Assembly: GCA_002633005.1 (NCBI GenBank)
Contig: NMRA01000242.1
Location: forward strand, 546,930 to 610,929
Length of the DNA: 64,000 bases
Direction: 5' to 3'
From: Phoronis australis
Taxonomy: Eukaryota; Animalia; Phoronida
This document shows, piece after piece, positions 61,937 through 64,000 of the stretch. The notes beneath the pieces were generated by a model. The model was not told the DNA's origin, made no database searches, and was given only the letters and a program-made list of their open reading frames with translations. Every line of letters starts with the position of its first letter. The first letter of the stretch is position 1. The position numbers were made by a program, and so were the translations under genes.

Positions 61937-62215
61937 GACGGACGGCTTAATTGACCAATCAGAACGTAGCATTCTTGGCACACCTTCGTCTGCGTTTCCA
62001 AGCCGCCATTTTACCCGACAAACCACACGCAGTCGAGTAAAACTTACTTTAGTCTATAGCTCAAGAAATTGTCCACTAAGAATGGGGAAACGGTGTTGAT
62101 ATGACGTGTGTAGCACCGACAGCCGTTATGCTACTCCAGAATAATATCCCGTCATTTTTGGCATGTCCTAAGCCAAAAAATGATGTTGAAAAGCGTAAAC
62201 TATGGATCAAACTGT
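61937..62215 (+). mobile_element. 5' fragment of a THAP-encoding DNA transposon (copy 2)
   Basis: Homologous to 2463-2741; ATG62082 MGKRC*YDVCSTDSRY..PKPK..WIKL. Confidence 0.6.
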
Positions 62216-62881
62216 ACGGCCACACGAGCACCTGAATTTAGCGATGTTGCTTGATAACTGGAATAACACAAATATATTAGTTCCAAGATACGCACTTTTC
62301 AGGTTGGTGGCTATGGTGCAGGGCTCTCTCAGATTTTGACTCCCGAGTTGACTACGTCTGGCCGCCTTTGTCTCGGCACCTGCTGGATCTCAGCACTCTA
62401 GCGGTAGTCCCCGGAACTTGCTGTTTTCAATGACATTTTATTTTATGTTTTTTTATTTATTTCAACCTAATGGACATTATTTTGTTTCGTATCAGAGGTA
62501 CATTTTTGTTATTCATAAACCGTAAGCTGGCGTTCAACTGGACTTCTCTCCCAGTCAAAATTCGGAGATTCGATCGGCACAGGGAAGAGCACTGGATTAC
62601 TGCCGGAACTGAAAGCCTTGGTCGAGCTGTTGTCACTATAAATAAACTGTTGAACTACTTTTTGACGTGAACCTCTAGTACACACTATGTCAAGTTATTT
62701 TTGTAAATACCCTATTTTTGCAACTACCACACCAGACTTGTAATCTTTTGTAACCATGCCACGACTTAGTGATCATGCTACCTTCAAAATTAAATTAAAG
62801 CTACCTTTATGGAATGAAACTACAAAAAATGCCAAGTTCATAAGAAGGTAGGCCTAATTTAAATGTCTTAATGGAGCAAAA

Positions 62882-64000
62882 GTCATCAAGAGTGAAAATA
62901 GAATACTTAAATGAGCACGCGCAATAATCGCACATTCAACAATCCGCATTGTACTGTACTTATACGCTACGAAAAATAAGACACACAATTTCCATGAAAA
63001 TGATATCCTAATTCAGTGAAATTTTTCTCTCATGTCCTCTTACTTGCAAATCACCGATCTCCAGTTTGATTGCGGGTATCGTGTCGTCAGGATCTTTGAC
63101 TTGAGAATTATATTCAGTTACCAGTGGTAACCTACTTCAGCAGACGATAATTTCCCGGTCGAAGCTTAGCGTGAAAAAAAACGTGTTTTAAGCTATAATA
63201 GTTGGTAAACCTTAATTTATAAATTCCATTTATTTCTATTATATTTAAGTTTTCAATTGGTTTTGAGTAAACGCATCATTTGACAAAAATAGCCCGGCTT
63301 TTCTTAAAAGGTCACGACCTCCGACCCCGGGCCTCTGACATAGAAAGTAGTTAAAAAGCCGTGGAGAGTCAGAAAAGGTAAATCGATTCATTGCAATGTT
63401 TCTCGTTTCGTATGTGGTATAAATAGATTATTACATGTTCTCAGCCGTTATCCCCCTTATCAAGAGCCCTCGTGGATTTTAGAGAATTATCGCCCGAGGG
63501 GCGTTAGACTTCGCCATGTAATAATCTATGTTTATACCATAATATTAGCCTCGAATGGCAGATACAACCGTGTAATAACCCATGAAGTTATCTCACTAGT
63601 GAGATGACAGTTTGGCGGGAAACCGAGGCCGGATTCTAACCCGGGCCTCGAAGCTTCGAGTTGCTGATTTTACCAATACACCACTCAACAGCTGAGGTCA
63701 TCGAACGTGAAAATAAAATACTTAAGTGAGCACGCGCAACAATCGCATGTTCAGCAAAGGGCATTGCACCGACATTTATACGCTATGAAAAACAATACGC
63801 TTAATTTCCATAAAAACGATATTTTAATTCAGTGAAATTTTTCTCTCGTGTTCTCTCACTTGTAAATCACCGATCTCCAATTTGAATACGGGTATCGTTT
63901 CGTCGGGATCCTTTGACTTGAGCATTATATTCAGTTACTAGTGGTGAGTGGTAACCTACTTTAGCAGACGATATTTTCCAGGTCGAAGCTTAGCGTGATA
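62882..64000. mobile_element. Two head-to-tail copies of family P1 (62882-63530, 5'-truncated; 63532 to beyond the window end)
   Basis: Near-identical to 48150-48856. The terminal palindrome (partly deleted) abuts the TTATACCA start of the next copy. Confidence 0.8.

Overview
Eukaryotic genomic DNA, about 40% GC with GT-AG introns, probably from an invertebrate (taxon inferred only from the transposon repertoire). The main host feature is part of a + strand immunoglobulin-superfamily gene. It has at least eight single-domain exons (28645-58863), each starting x-G-P, flanked by phase-1 splice sites, a multiple of 3 long and free of stops; the domains look C2-set/nephrin-like and are rich in N-glycosylation sequons. 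Neither end of this gene is securely identified here. A separate degenerate Ig exon lies at 6740-6920. Most other sequence is decayed mobile DNA: two Kolobok-type families (TTAA TSD; THAP and KolX/P2X7-ballast-like remnants), a Gypsy element with an integrase-fused PHD finger and an extra downstream ORF, a gag-only BEL element, a degenerate BEL/Pao element, Gmr1-like and Mag-like Gypsy relics, L1/Tx1 LINEs, hAT-like MITEs with 5-bp TSDs, Harbinger and piggyBac relics, and palindrome-terminated elements, one carrying a tRNA-like segment. All family assignments come from motif recognition by eye; no searches were run.
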